Of a stretch of DNA of 64,000 nucleotides, positions 28,623 through 39,187 are shown piece by piece. The notes under the pieces are model-generated. The model saw only the letters and a list, made by a program, of their open reading frames with translations, made no database searches and was not told the origin of the DNA. Position numbers and translations under genes: made by a program. Positions within the stretch are counted from its first letter, which is position 1; each line of letters begins with the position of its first letter. Location of the stretch: the NCBI GenBank assembly GCA_051251915.1, contig JBPOGF010000009.1, forward strand, positions 32,001 through 96,000, written 5' to 3'. Source of the stretch: Akkermansiaceae bacterium (GTDB lineage Bacteria > Verrucomicrobiota > Verrucomicrobiia > Verrucomicrobiales > Akkermansiaceae).

Positions 28623-29099
28623 CTACCTATTTAACCTCACCTCTTTGAACACGCTCATATGCTCCCTTCTTATTTCCTCTCTAGTCATCTCACTATTCAC
28701 CCTCCTGCTGAGCTCCAACCCTAACAGAAGCACATGCCATGAATCCACCTCATATCCATACTTGTATTGGGCTAACTCCATATAAACATTCTTATTATAG
28801 CTCCCATCCTTTATGAATAAGAGCACAGATCTTAAGTCATACCTATACCCATAGTCGATACTGTATCTCACATCATTCCCATCTACCGGCACATCCACAA
28901 CCATCACCTCCCGCTTAGGATGTAACTTCACATAATCATCCGCAACACCTATATAATAAATCCTAATTACCCAATACAACGTCACAACAAACAGCAACAA
29001 CCAATAAATAAACCTCAACACCCACTTAAAAACAAATGGTGCATGTTCAGTAGCAACGTTAAACCATGTAACAGGAAAAGCTAAATAACGAATCTTCAC
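28623..29099 (-). CDS. Hypothetical membrane protein
   Basis: 158-aa ORF with one TM segment. Confidence 0.5.
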   Translation of the reverse strand: MKIRYLAFPVTWFNVATEHAPFVFKWVLRFIYWLLLFVVTLYWVIRIYYIGVADDYVKLHPKREVMVVDVPVDGNDVRYSIDYGYRYDLRSVLLFIKDGSYNKNVYMELAQYKYGYEVDSWHVLLLGLELSRRVNSEMTREEIRREHMSVFKEVRLNR

Positions 29100-29198
29100 T
29101 ACATCATCATAGAAAACATGATCGTTAATTCAAGAGCTGATAGCAGTAGACCTACGTCTCCAAACCTCTAGAGCCTATTTTTCAGCATGCAAGAGGTA

Positions 29199-29579
29199 TC
29201 ATCGCTTAGACCGATACATCACAGATGAAAAAAGTCCGAGTCCTAGCGAAATGAAAATCACCCCAAAATACACCTGATCTATTTTCGTCATAGAATCCGC
29301 CTCACTCCCAGGCTCCGCAAACAATCCAGCCCATATACCTGCGATAATGAAAGCCACGCCTCCAAGCATGATGACTAGTCTATCTTTTACTCTATGTGAC
29401 ACAGGATGATATCCTCCCTTGTGATTCACCCATAGATAGGTCGCAACCATTAGAACTGCATGTACCAATAAGGCTGCTACTATTGACCTCGTTAGCCCTA
29501 GAACCGCGAAAGATAGAATCCCCATGAACCCATTCAAAAAGAATGCGCCACTCATTTTACCAAATATAGCCACCAGCAT
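29199..29579 (-). CDS. Hypothetical membrane protein (about 4 TM)
   Basis: Hydrophobic 126-aa ORF. Confidence 0.55.
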   Translation of the reverse strand: MLVAIFGKMSGAFFLNGFMGILSFAVLGLTRSIVAALLVHAVLMVATYLWVNHKGGYHPVSHRVKDRLVIMLGGVAFIIAGIWAGLFAEPGSEADSMTKIDQVYFGVIFISLGLGLFSSVMYRSKR

Positions 29580-29599
29580 AATTATGGGTTAAATCGATT

Positions 29600-29636
29600 A
29601 AAAAAAGCGCTACCGCTTTCACGGTAACGCTTATTT
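29600..29636 (-). terminator. Intrinsic terminator after rplX
   Basis: AAGCGTTACCGT-GAAA-GCGGTAGCGC-TTTTTTT on the minus strand. Confidence 0.85.
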
Positions 29637-29656
29637 AGAACGATGTTAAAGGAGGA

Positions 29657-29878
29657 CTATGCCTTCTTTACGTTTGAGATGTGAATAGGACCATCGAGCT
29701 CTTCGATGCCACCTTCTTGGTTCTCTTGTGTTGGCTTAACTGCCTTTTTGATCTTGCGGACACCTTCGACGATGACTTGTTGTTTCGCTGCGTTTACAGA
29801 GAGAACAGTGCCAGATTTGCCTTTATGGCCTCCAGCGATCACTGTGACGTTGTCGCCTTTTTTAACGTGAGTCTTCAT
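29657..29878 (-). CDS. rplX: 50S ribosomal protein L24 (short, 73 aa)
   Basis: [26 protein letters not shown]. Confidence 0.95.
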   Translation of the reverse strand: MKTHVKKGDNVTVIAGGHKGKSGTVLSVNAAKQQVIVEGVRKIKKAVKPTQENQEGGIEELDGPIHISNVKKA

Positions 29879-29905
29879 GTTATTTAGTTGCTTTGAGTTA
29901 GTGGT

Positions 29906-30271
29906 TTAGAGCACCTCAGGAGCAAGGGATACGATCTTCATGAACTTCTTCTCGCGGAGTTCACGAGCTACAGGTCCGAAAATACGTGTACCTTTAGGGT
30001 TATTATCCTTGTCGATTACAACGATTGCGTTGCTGTCGAAACGAAGGATAGAACCGTCCTGGCGGCGGATAGGAGCAGCAGTTCTTACGACTACTGCTTT
30101 GATTACGGCGCCTTTCTTAATAGATGCAGTAGGGATAGCTTCACGCACGTGTGCTGTGATGATGTCTCCTACATTAGCTACCTTGGAACGAGTTCCGAGG
30201 ACACCGATCATTTTTGCTGAACGAGCACCGGTGTTGTCGGCAATCGATACGCTTGATTCCATTTGGATCAT
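29906..30271 (-). CDS. rplN: 50S ribosomal protein L14
   Basis: MIQMES...ADNTGA...SLAPEVL. Confidence 0.98.
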   Translation of the reverse strand: MIQMESSVSIADNTGARSAKMIGVLGTRSKVANVGDIITAHVREAIPTASIKKGAVIKAVVVRTAAPIRRQDGSILRFDSNAIVVIDKDNNPKGTRIFGPVARELREKKFMKIVSLAPEVL

Positions 30272-30297
30272 GATATTAGTGAGTGTATATTGGTTGA

Positions 30298-30552
30298 TTA
30301 GTGAGTTAGGATCTCAGAGAGAACCCAGCATTTCTTCTTAGAAATTGGCTTAGTCTCAGTGATGCGGACTTTGTCGCCTACTGCTGCCTTACCTTCTTCA
30401 TCGTGTGCGTAGAACTTTTTAGTCTTCTTAACGATTTTCTTGAAGCGTGGGTGTGGAACGCGGGCTACGTATTCTACAACAATGGTCTTATCCATGGATG
30501 TGGAGACTACGTTACCTACCCGTGTCTTACGTAAATGTGTATTTTCGCTCAT
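30298..30552 (-). CDS. rpsQ: 30S ribosomal protein S17
   Basis: [23 protein letters not shown]. Confidence 0.97.
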   Translation of the reverse strand: MSENTHLRKTRVGNVVSTSMDKTIVVEYVARVPHPRFKKIVKKTKKFYAHDEEGKAAVGDKVRITETKPISKKKCWVLSEILTH

Positions 30553-30575
30553 AGTATGTATGTTTTTCTATGTAA

Positions 30576-30779
30576 TTATTGAGCAGCTTTGTTGTTTAGC
30601 ACAGTAAACAATGTGTTTACTTGAGCTATTTCACGGCGGACTGCTTTGATACGGGCGGTATTCTCTAGCTGTCCAGTGGACGCTTGGAGACGGAGATTGA
30701 GACCTTCTTGCTTGAGGTCACGAAGTTTGTTAGAGAGTTCATCTGCTGAGAGCTCGCTAAGTTCTGTGAATTTTGCCAT
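30576..30779 (-). CDS. rpmC: 50S ribosomal protein L29
   Basis: LRLQASTGQLENTARIKAVRREIA. Confidence 0.96.
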   Translation of the reverse strand: MAKFTELSELSADELSNKLRDLKQEGLNLRLQASTGQLENTARIKAVRREIAQVNTLFTVLNNKAAQ

Positions 30780-30816
30780 AATAGTAGTTTTTCTATTGTT
30801 TGGTTATAAGTTTAGC

Positions 30817-31239
30817 TTACTTCGCTAGCTTGTTACGCTCTACGAATCTTGTGCGGAATCCGAGCTTGTTTGATGCAAGACGGAGTGCTTCTTTTGCAGC
30901 TGATTCAGGAACACCTGCGACCTCAAAGATCATAGTTCCTGGCTTGATTACAGCTACCCAGCGGTCAACAGCACCTTTACCTTTACCCATACGAGTTTCT
31001 GGCGGGCGTCCTGTTACTGATTTGTGTGGGAATACACGGATCCAAACTTTTCCTTTACGTTTAAGGAAGCGGTTGATTGAGATACGGCATGCTTCGATCT
31101 GACGGTTACTCATCCATGAGCGACCGAGTGACTGGAGACCGAAATCTCCGAAGCTTACGTCTGTTCCACGTTGCGCATTTCCACCGCGATTTCCTCGCTG
31201 TGTCTTGCGGAACTTGGTGCGTTTTGGCATTAAAGGCAT
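30817..31239 (-). CDS. rplP: 50S ribosomal protein L16
   Basis: [19 protein letters not shown]. Confidence 0.98.
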   Translation of the reverse strand: MPLMPKRTKFRKTQRGNRGGNAQRGTDVSFGDFGLQSLGRSWMSNRQIEACRISINRFLKRKGKVWIRVFPHKSVTGRPPETRMGKGKGAVDRWVAVIKPGTMIFEVAGVPESAAKEALRLASNKLGFRTRFVERNKLAK

Positions 31240-31282
31240 AGTATTATTTCTTTCTAAATGTTAGTGTTTAGTTTCTGAAGTA

Positions 31283-32005
31283 TTAGCCTTGGCGCTCTGG
31301 GCGTCCACCGCGTTCGTTACGTCCACCACCTCGGCGACCACCACGGTTGCCTCGGTTGTTTCCGCCACCTGCTCCTGGCTTCTCTTCTTTCTTGTTGATC
31401 CAAACTTTGACACCAATGATGCCATAAGTTGTTGCTGCTTCTGCGAATCCGTAGTCGATCGGCACACGTAGAGTCTGTAGAGGCACTTTGCCTTCACGAT
31501 ACCACTCTGCACGGGCGATGTCTGCACCACCGAGGCGTCCTGAACAACGAACACGGATGCCATCAGCACCGAATTCCATTGTTGTCTGGAGAGCTCTCTT
31601 CATAGCGCGGCGGAATGCAATACGACGCTCAAGCTGAACGGCGATGTTTTCTGCTACGAGCTGAGCATCAAGCTCAGGTTTGCGGATTTCGAGGATGTCG
31701 ATTTTAACTGAACATCCACCACAGATCTTGGAGATGTCATTTGTCATTTTCTCGATCTCTGAACCTTTACGGCCGATAACGAGTCCTGGACGTGATGTGT
31801 GGAGTGTTACTCTTACGCTGTTCCATGCACGCTCGATTGTGACGCGTGATAGTGCTGCGAACTGAAGACGACCTTTGATATACTTACGAATCTTAAGATC
31901 TTCGTGGAGTTTGTCTGCGTAGTCGTTTCCTGTGGCGTACCACTTAGAGCGCCAGTCCTTGCTTAGTGCGAGGCGGAATCCGATTGGATTTACTTTTTGT
32001 CCCAT
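31283..32005 (-). CDS. rpsC: 30S ribosomal protein S3
   Basis: [22 protein letters not shown]. Confidence 0.98.
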   Translation of the reverse strand: MGQKVNPIGFRLALSKDWRSKWYATGNDYADKLHEDLKIRKYIKGRLQFAALSRVTIERAWNSVRVTLHTSRPGLVIGRKGSEIEKMTNDISKICGGCSVKIDILEIRKPELDAQLVAENIAVQLERRIAFRRAMKRALQTTMEFGADGIRVRCSGRLGGADIARAEWYREGKVPLQTLRVPIDYGFAEAATTYGIIGVKVWINKKEEKPGAGGGNNRGNRGGRRGGGRNERGGRPERQG

Positions 32006-32034
32006 AATTGTGTTATGTTAGTGTTGTTAGTGTA

Positions 32035-32379
32035 TTATGCCTCGACTGGCTTAGGAGCGAGGGTGATGTAGATGTGGCTAGTGCGCTTTAGGATACCGCC
32101 TGCAGATCCACGTGCACGTGGCTTGAAGCGTTTGAATGTAGGGCCTACGCCGACTGTGGCTTCTTTGACGATGAGATCATCGGCATCGAGGTCATGATTG
32201 TTTTCTGCGTTTGCTACTGCACTTTTCAGAGTCTTGCCGATTAGAAATGCTGATTTCTTTGGAGTGAAGTTCAGCGTGTCTAGGGCAGAGGACACTGGTA
32301 GGCCTTGAATAGCGCGGGCTACGTCACGAGCTTTTTTAGCGGAGACGCGAGCGAATTTATATGTTGATTTGACTTCCAT
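32035..32379 (-). CDS. rplV: 50S ribosomal protein L22
   Basis: KSAVANAENN; PRARG; KRTSHI. Confidence 0.97.
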   Translation of the reverse strand: MEVKSTYKFARVSAKKARDVARAIQGLPVSSALDTLNFTPKKSAFLIGKTLKSAVANAENNHDLDADDLIVKEATVGVGPTFKRFKPRARGSAGGILKRTSHIYITLAPKPVEA

Positions 32380-32399
32380 CGTTCTAGGATGTTGATTGT

Positions 32400-33152
32400 T
32401 TAATTTTGTGTCTTGATTGATGCGATGTCGCCGGGGCGGACCGCGTTGTTAGTGTCATCGAGTCGGATTACTAGGGCTCCAGCTATTTCTGGTCTAACCT
32501 CAGCAATCCTTGCTTCTGCTATTTGGCTCTTACCACGTAGGATACGGAATGTCATTCCTATGCGGACTTGCTGCTTCTCCCCAGCATTTAGGATGAGAGT
32601 GCCAGATTGGCCATCTATACCTATGATCTTGGCCTCGTGAAGAGAACCTAGGTCTATCTGTGGACGCGGCTTATCTATGATTCCCAGCAATACGTCAAGT
32701 CCTCTGATTTCTTTTTCGAGGTTAAGACGTTGAAGGTCATCTGCTACAAAGGCGTGCTTTAGGTATTCTCGTACCTGAGCGGTGAGAGTCGTCGCGGCTG
32801 TTTCCAGCTTAGCGAGGCGGTCCTCGAGCACCTTGCGGTTGGCCACTGCCTGGATGAGGCGCTCGTCATCTGTCCCTAATGGATAGGTTCCGAGAGCTTC
32901 GAGTTCCAAGCGAATTTTATTTAACTTCCCCTTAGCACTTATCGTTTCCTGTTTGGAATCAACAAGTGCCTTAGAGAGGCTTTCGTTCTTATCCTGCAAC
33001 TCTTGAATGCGTTGTTGCAGAATTTGAACGTTGCGAGCATCGGCTCCCACTTCATCTTGTCCGAGCTCTTGCGCCTGAACCATAACCGCACTCGCCGCGA
33101 GGAGACATGCTCCTGTGCTGAATATGGTGATAGTTTTGGCGAAAGATTTCAT
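32400..33152 (-). CDS. Secreted coiled-coil protein inserted in the S10 operon
   Basis: Signal peptide, long heptad region, C-terminal beta domain (LILNAG..QVRIGMTFRILR). Confidence 0.8.
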   Translation of the reverse strand: MKSFAKTITIFSTGACLLAASAVMVQAQELGQDEVGADARNVQILQQRIQELQDKNESLSKALVDSKQETISAKGKLNKIRLELEALGTYPLGTDDERLIQAVANRKVLEDRLAKLETAATTLTAQVREYLKHAFVADDLQRLNLEKEIRGLDVLLGIIDKPRPQIDLGSLHEAKIIGIDGQSGTLILNAGEKQQVRIGMTFRILRGKSQIAEARIAEVRPEIAGALVIRLDDTNNAVRPGDIASIKTQN

Positions 33153-33178
33153 AATTAGAAGTGGGTGAGAGTTAAGAA

Positions 33179-33451
33179 TTACTTCTTACCTACTGTTCCG
33201 TGTGCTTTGAAGATACGAGTCGGGGCGAATTCACCGAGCTTGTGTCCAACCATATTCTCAGTTACGTATACAGCGACAAATGATTTGCCGTTGTGAACTG
33301 CGAAGTTAAGTCCGACGAAGTCTGGTGTGATCATTGATCTACGGCTCCATGTCTTGATTGGCTTTTTATGGCCTGACTGAGCTGCTGCAGCATCGATTTT
33401 TTCGAGAAGCTTTTGGTCAACGAATGGTCCCTTTTTTAGTGATCTTGGCAT
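33179..33451 (-). CDS. rpsS: 30S ribosomal protein S19
   Basis: [23 protein letters not shown]. Confidence 0.98.
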   Translation of the reverse strand: MPRSLKKGPFVDQKLLEKIDAAAAQSGHKKPIKTWSRRSMITPDFVGLNFAVHNGKSFVAVYVTENMVGHKLGEFAPTRIFKAHGTVGKK

Positions 33452-33479
33452 AAGTTTAGTTTCAGTTAGTGGTTATAGA

Positions 33480-34316
33480 TTATTTATTCTTTGTCTTACG
33501 ACGCTGAACGATGACTTTGTCTGATGCTTTACGCTTCTGACGTGTCTTCTGACCTTTTACGTGACCCCAAGGTGACTTGAGGTGCTGACGGCCACCACCG
33601 GACTTGGACTTACCCTCACCACCACCATTCGGGTGATCAACTGGGTTCATACACATTCCGCGAACTGTTGGGCGAATACCCATCCAACGTGAACGACCCG
33701 CTTTAGCAGATACTACGTTCATGTGGTCTCCGTTGCCTACTTTACCAATGGTGCAGAGGCAACGTTCGTTGAACTTACGGATCTCTCCAGATGGCATCTT
33801 AACAAGTGCGATTCCTTCCTCACGGTTAGAAAGCACTGCTTGCTGTCCAGCTGAACGAGCGATTTTGCCGCCTGATCCAGGGATAAGTTCAATGTTGTGA
33901 ATTGATGTTCCGAGTGGAACGTTACTGAGTGGAGTTGCGTTACCCGGCTTAGGTGTTGCTGTCTCACTTGATACAACTGTTGCGCCTACTTCTAGTCCGT
34001 GTGGAGCTAGGATGTATGCTTTCTCTCCGTCTGTGTATTGGATGAGTGCGATACGGCATGTTCTGTTAGGATCATACTCGATACCTACCACAGTTGCTTC
34101 TACGTCGAACTTACGACGCTTGAAGTCGATAAGTCTGTATTTTTTCTTGTGACCTCCACCGATGTGACGGCATGTAATGCGGCCTTGGTTGTTACGTCCA
34201 CCTGATCTTTTCTTTACACGGAGGAGTGACTTCTCAGGAGTTGTCTTAGTGATCTCCTCAAATGTATTCCAGACCTTGTATCGGTTTGATGGTGTTACTG
34301 GTTTGAATGTTTTCAT
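33480..34316 (-). CDS. rplB: 50S ribosomal protein L2
   Basis: [25 protein letters not shown]. Confidence 0.98.
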   Translation of the reverse strand: MKTFKPVTPSNRYKVWNTFEEITKTTPEKSLLRVKKRSGGRNNQGRITCRHIGGGHKKKYRLIDFKRRKFDVEATVVGIEYDPNRTCRIALIQYTDGEKAYILAPHGLEVGATVVSSETATPKPGNATPLSNVPLGTSIHNIELIPGSGGKIARSAGQQAVLSNREEGIALVKMPSGEIRKFNERCLCTIGKVGNGDHMNVVSAKAGRSRWMGIRPTVRGMCMNPVDHPNGGGEGKSKSGGGRQHLKSPWGHVKGQKTRQKRKASDKVIVQRRKTKNK

Positions 34317-34365
34317 TGTTCGCTATTCTTTTCGATTTTTAATGTTTCGTTTTGCAGCGTAGTTA

Positions 34366-34650
34366 CTAGACGAGGTCTAGTGATTCACCTTCTTTGAGGC
34401 GCACGATGGCCTTTTTCCAGTTTGCTGTGCGGCCTGCGTCTGCTCTACGTTGGCGCTTCTTCTTGCCATCATAGTTACATGTGCGGACTGCTTCTACTTT
34501 CACACCGAAGAGTTGCTCTACGGCGCGTTTGATTTCGAGTTTGTTTGCCCTTTGTGCCACTTTAAGAACGACTTCGTTGTTCTGCTCCTGAAGGAGAGTT
34601 GCTTTTTCGCTGAGGCGAACTGTGTCGATGACTTGGTAAATGTCTTTCAT
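34366..34650 (-). CDS. rplW: 50S ribosomal protein L23
   Basis: ANKLEIKRAVEQLFGVKV; WKKAIVRL. Confidence 0.97.
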   Translation of the reverse strand: MKDIYQVIDTVRLSEKATLLQEQNNEVVLKVAQRANKLEIKRAVEQLFGVKVEAVRTCNYDGKKKRQRRADAGRTANWKKAIVRLKEGESLDLV

Positions 34651-34677
34651 CTGATTGGTTCTAGTTCTGGTTAGTGG

Positions 34678-35289
34678 TTATGCAGTTCTCTTAGAGAGTG
34701 TCTCGTATGAGTCTTCTACAATGATGACTGCGTTAGCGTGAAGGATCTGCTCGATGTTTACTTCATCAGCTGTGATGAGTTGCACACCTTGAACGTTACG
34801 TCCAGCAAGGTAAGTTTTCTCATCGAATGACTTAGCAATGATGAGTGTCTTCTTAACATCTGTGATCTCTCTCACAGCTGAGATGAATGACTTTGTCTTG
34901 CCGTCCGCGATAGCGAAAGAAGAGATAGATGCTACCTCATCAGCTGCGATCTTTTCACCGAGTGCCTTACGAAGCGCAAGCTTACGTGTGCTCTTAGTTA
35001 CTTTCTTAGAGTAGTCACGTGGACGAGGTCCGAATACTACACCACCACCTACGAAAATAGGTGCTGAGCGAGCTCCGTGACGTGCGCCACCTGTTCCCTT
35101 TTGCTTATAGATCTTCTTACCAGATCCGCGGACTTCTCCACGTGTCTTAGTACATGCTGATCCTGTTCTGCGGTTAGCGCGGTATGCTACGATGAGATCG
35201 TGCACTGCTTGGTTACCCTTAGATGTTCCTGAGATAACAGTGATGTTAGCTGAGGCTGCGTCTTCGAGTGAAAGTTGTTTTACTGACAT
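34678..35289 (-). CDS. rplD: 50S ribosomal protein L4
   Basis: TKTRGEVRG; QKGTGGARHG; GGGVVFGPRPR. Confidence 0.98.
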   Translation of the reverse strand: MSVKQLSLEDAASANITVISGTSKGNQAVHDLIVAYRANRRTGSACTKTRGEVRGSGKKIYKQKGTGGARHGARSAPIFVGGGVVFGPRPRDYSKKVTKSTRKLALRKALGEKIAADEVASISSFAIADGKTKSFISAVREITDVKKTLIIAKSFDEKTYLAGRNVQGVQLITADEVNIEQILHANAVIIVEDSYETLSKRTA

Positions 35290-35314
35290 TACAGTTGTTT
35301 CTTTCTATGGTTGA

Positions 35315-35968
35315 TTATGATTTAGCCTTAGCTGCTTTGATTGCAGGGCGGACGGTAACGTAACCTCCGTTAGGTCCTGGAACAGCACCTGATACGAGGA
35401 TAACATTGTCTTCAGGGCGAACCTGTACGATTTTAAGATTCTGAACTGTGCGGTTATATTGACCGTGACGTCCTGGCATCTTCTTGTTCTTCCAGATACG
35501 TCCTGGCCATGTACCAGCACCAACACCACCGGGGCGTCTGTGCATCATGTGACCGTGTGAGTCTGGCTGACCTGCGAAGTTGTAACGCTTAACAACACCT
35601 TGGAAACCTTTACCCTTAGTTGTGCCGATCACATCAACGGCCTGACCGTCTGTGAATACAGCTGCTCCTGGGTGAGCTTCTTCTGTGTTTGGTAAGTCTG
35701 CATCAGATGCAAAACGGAATTCTTTGATTTGCTTCTTAGCTGTTCCGTTGTTCTTCTTGATGTGGCCGAGCTTTGCTTTATTAATGCGTTGCTCTTTCTG
35801 CTCATCATAACCGATCTGAACTGCTGAATAGCCGTCAGTTTCAGTTGTCTTAACTTGGAGATACTCGTTTCCTGATACGTCGATAACGTTAACTGGAATC
35901 ATGATTCCCGCTTCCTTATCGAAAACACGAGTCATTCCTATCTTTTTTCCTAATAGTCCTAGTGACAT
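35315..35968 (-). CDS. rplC: 50S ribosomal protein L3
   Basis: GKKIGMT; KGKGFQGVVKR; GAVPG. Confidence 0.98.
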   Translation of the reverse strand: MSLGLLGKKIGMTRVFDKEAGIMIPVNVIDVSGNEYLQVKTTETDGYSAVQIGYDEQKEQRINKAKLGHIKKNNGTAKKQIKEFRFASDADLPNTEEAHPGAAVFTDGQAVDVIGTTKGKGFQGVVKRYNFAGQPDSHGHMMHRRPGGVGAGTWPGRIWKNKKMPGRHGQYNRTVQNLKIVQVRPEDNVILVSGAVPGPNGGYVTVRPAIKAAKAKS

Positions 35969-35994
35969 AGTATTAAATGGTTGGGGTTCGTGGC

Positions 35995-36303
35995 TCAGAT
36001 TTTGATTTGAATGTCGACACCTGCTGGTAGGTTAAGCTTCTTGAGCTCATCTACCGTGCGTGCTGTTGGGTCTAGAATATCAAGAACGCGCTTGTGTGTT
36101 CTAATTTCGAACTGGTCTGCTGCCTTCTTGTTTTGGTTAACTGAGGCGTTCACTGAGAACTTCTCAACTCTTGTCGGCAGAGGAATCGGTCCAGCTACCT
36201 TGGCTCCTGTGCGCTTGGCAGTCTCTACGATTTCGAGCGCAGAACGATCGATTGCTCGATGATCGTATGCACGAAGTCGGATTCTTATCTTTTGGTTTTG
36301 CAT
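35995..36303 (-). CDS. rpsJ: 30S ribosomal protein S10
   Basis: [26 protein letters not shown]. Confidence 0.98.
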   Translation of the reverse strand: MQNQKIRIRLRAYDHRAIDRSALEIVETAKRTGAKVAGPIPLPTRVEKFSVNASVNQNKKAADQFEIRTHKRVLDILDPTARTVDELKKLNLPAGVDIQIKI

Positions 36304-36547
36304 GTTGGTTTGTGTTGTATGTTATTGATTAAAAATAGATTCACATCTCCGATCCATCATTTAATAGTTGAGAATCTGAACAACTTACTGCTAAAAAGTT
36401 CGTATTTTCGTGTATAAAGTATGCATAAAGGGCATTCACACGGTCACCAAGACGAGCGAGATTTCCTCGCATAGCCATGTTTTCCGGAGCTGCACCCGAT
36501 AGTTTTACCTGATTTAGTGCTTCATTTCTTATCTGAGGCACGATGTG

Positions 36548-36589
36548 GGGCGGCGAACTTACCTAGAAAACGCAATCTGACAAGCCCTA
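36548..36589 (-). promoter_or_regulatory. Putative sigma70 promoter of the S10 operon
   Basis: TTGTCA-16bp-TAAGTT-CGCCGCCC; nearly identical to the rpsL promoter; A/T tract upstream. Confidence 0.7.
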
Positions 36590-36701
36590 TTTTATTTTTT
36601 TTGAAATTTTATTTTTTCTTGTGTGTCTACAGAGAAAAAGTGACTCTTTTTTACGCCTCCTACCCAATGATAGTATCAATCTACCCAAAGAACCTAAAAT
36701 T

Positions 36702-38960
36702 ATGAAAATCACCTTGTCCAACAACACTCTGATCAACCACATCGCTATCGGCTGCACATCATTAACCACTTGTTTACTATTCCCTTCTCCGCTCCACGCC
36801 AAGGAAACTGTTGAAAAGGTAGCATCTCAAGAACTCAAACCAACTTTCTCAAAAGACAAATCAGCTGACGCCATATTAAAGGTCGCCAACGCCGTCGCAG
36901 ACTGGCAACTAGCCAACCCCTATAAGAAGGAAGATACCGACTGGACTGAAGGCGCCCTCTGGACAGGCCTCACAGCCCATGCAGAAACCTCCGGCGACGA
37001 TAAGTACATCCAAGCGATGCTCAATGTCTCAGAGGGCATCGAATACAAACTCGGAGCTCGCACCCACTTCGCAGATGATCACTGCGTAGGCAGACTCCAC
37101 CTCTGGAACTACCTCAGAGACGAACGCCCCGAGCAATTAACCCCAACTAAAGAAACCCTCGACCATTTCCTTGCCGTCCCCCACACCGAATCCCTCAAAT
37201 GGGTAAATCACATTCATTTCCGCGAACTCGCATGGTGTGACGCTCTCTACATGACTCCCCCAACCATCGCCGCTCTTCACGCAGCAACCGGAGACCAAAA
37301 ATATCTCGATAAAACCGACGAGCTCTGGTGGAAATCATCCGATTACCTATACGACACAGAAAGCAGCCTCTATTTCCGCGACAGCAAATATTTTCCACCC
37401 ACAAAAGAAGCCAATGGTGAAAAAGTATTCTGGTCACGCGGCAACGGCTGGGTCTTCGCCGGCCTCTGCCAACTCCTCCAGCACATGCCAGCAGATCACC
37501 CCACTCGCGGTAAATACATCCAGCAGTTTAGAGAAATGGCAGCCAAGCTCAAGAGCATCCAACTAGAAGACGGCTCCTGGCACGCCTCGCTACTAGATCC
37601 AGACAGCTTCCCAGTTCCAGAGTCCTCAGGCACCGCGTTTTTCGCCTATGGATTTCTCTGGGGCATCAACAATAACATCTTAGATGCTGAAGAGTATCAA
37701 GCCACTTCCTATAAGGCTTGGGACAGACTAGTAAACTGCGTTCACCCAGATGGAAAGCTCGGATTTGTTCAGCCAGTCGGCGAAAACCCAAAATCAGTCA
37801 CCTACGACCAAACTGCGGTTTATGGTGTTGGTGCATTCTTGCTCACAGCACATGAACTCCATAAACACCTCATCCTGTCAGACGCTAAAATCGCTGAATT
37901 CTCAGCACTCAACTCAGACACCCACGTCCGCCTCAATGAAACAGTAGAAATCCCATGGACAACCGTCACAGAGAAACTCCCAGGAACAAAAGCAACTGAC
38001 ATTGCAATCAGAGACACCATTCGCGGTTATTTCCACCAGCCCCAGATCATCGATGAAAATAAAGACGGCACCCCAGAGTCCATCCTCTTCACCGCAGATT
38101 TCACCCCACAGGAAAATCGCAAATTCCAACTCGTAACCCTAAAGGACACCCGCCCTCAATTCCCTAACAATAGACTCGAAGCACGCTTCGTCCCCGAAAG
38201 AAAAGATGACTTCGTCTGGGAAAACGACCGCATAGCTTTCCGCGCATACGGTCCAGCGCTCGCAGTAGAAAATGCACGCGGCGGATTCGATGTCTGGACT
38301 AAATCAGTCCGCACCCCAGTAGCTAACGATTGGTACAAATCAGGAGACTACCACAAAGACCACGGTAAAGGACTAGATGGCTACAAAGTAGGCGACACCC
38401 TAGGCTGCGGAGGACTCGGCTACCTCGACTCCAACAAAAAACTCATCACCAGCCCCGTATTCTCAACATCCGAAGTTTTAGAAAAAGGTCCCATCCGTCT
38501 CAAGTTCAAGCTCACCTACGAACCAGTAGAAGTAGATAGCGCCAAAATCACCGAAACCCGCACCATCACCATGGACGCCGGCGACCACCACTTCACCGTA
38601 GACTCAAGCTTCGACATCAAAGGCGATGCCTCCAATGTAAAACCAGTAACCGGACTCGCCATCAGAAAAGCCAAACAGAAACCAACCATCTTCACTGGCA
38701 ACTTCCTCGCCTACGCAGATCCTATCTTGGCAAAAGACGGCATAGTTACAACCTACATCATGAATCAGCCCACTGCGCCAGACGAATACATCACAGGAAA
38801 AACAAACCTCCTCAAAATCCTCGCCAATGATCTAAGCAAACCCACACGCTACCAAGCAGGAGCCATGTGGAATAAAATCGAATCCAAAAGCGACCCAGAA
38901 CTCGAACTAAAAATCTACAACGCTAGTCACGCGCTCAAACACCCAATCAAAGTCCAATAA
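36702..38960 (+). CDS. GH88/GH105 unsaturated glycuronyl hydrolase fused to a DUF4861-like domain
   Basis: ADDHCVG, WCDALYM, FWSRGNGW, ESSGTA; C-terminal RFVPERKDDFVWENDRIAFRAYGP. Confidence 0.85.
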   Translation: MKITLSNNTLINHIAIGCTSLTTCLLFPSPLHAKETVEKVASQELKPTFSKDKSADAILKVANAVADWQLANPYKKEDTDWTEGALWTGLTAHAETSGDDKYIQAMLNVSEGIEYKLGARTHFADDHCVGRLHLWNYLRDERPEQLTPTKETLDHFLAVPHTESLKWVNHIHFRELAWCDALYMTPPTIAALHAATGDQKYLDKTDELWWKSSDYLYDTESSLYFRDSKYFPPTKEANGEKVFWSRGNGWVFAGLCQLLQHMPADHPTRGKYIQQFREMAAKLKSIQLEDGSWHASLLDPDSFPVPESSGTAFFAYGFLWGINNNILDAEEYQATSYKAWDRLVNCVHPDGKLGFVQPVGENPKSVTYDQTAVYGVGAFLLTAHELHKHLILSDAKIAEFSALNSDTHVRLNETVEIPWTTVTEKLPGTKATDIAIRDTIRGYFHQPQIIDENKDGTPESILFTADFTPQENRKFQLVTLKDTRPQFPNNRLEARFVPERKDDFVWENDRIAFRAYGPALAVENARGGFDVWTKSVRTPVANDWYKSGDYHKDHGKGLDGYKVGDTLGCGGLGYLDSNKKLITSPVFSTSEVLEKGPIRLKFKLTYEPVEVDSAKITETRTITMDAGDHHFTVDSSFDIKGDASNVKPVTGLAIRKAKQKPTIFTGNFLAYADPILAKDGIVTTYIMNQPTAPDEYITGKTNLLKILANDLSKPTRYQAGAMWNKIESKSDPELELKIYNASHALKHPIKVQ

Positions 38961-38966
38961 TTAAAA

Positions 38967-39187
38967 CTAGTGCTACGTCTTGCTTAAAATATTGGATAGG
39001 CGCAGATGATTTTTCTCGAAGGTAAGGCGTGAGAAAGGAATGAGTTGGGATTCATGACTGACGAATAACGAAGCTTTCTTGAAAAAGCATCAACCTTCCT
39101 CAAAGCTTTCGACCGTAGGGAGCTAATATTTACCACTTTCCTCATCTTAAAAACCTATCCAACATTTTAGGTGAGACGCAGCACTAG
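38967..39187. mobile_element. About 220-bp MITE with long imperfect TIRs, flanked by CTAG
   Basis: CTAGTGCTACGTCTTGCTTAAAATATTGGATAGG...CCTATCCAACATTTTAGGTGAGACGCAGCACTAG. Confidence 0.8.

Noticed and set aside
36341..36802. Short ORFs upstream of rpsJ
   Set aside because: They overlap the promoter/leader and the GH gene start and show no protein-like features
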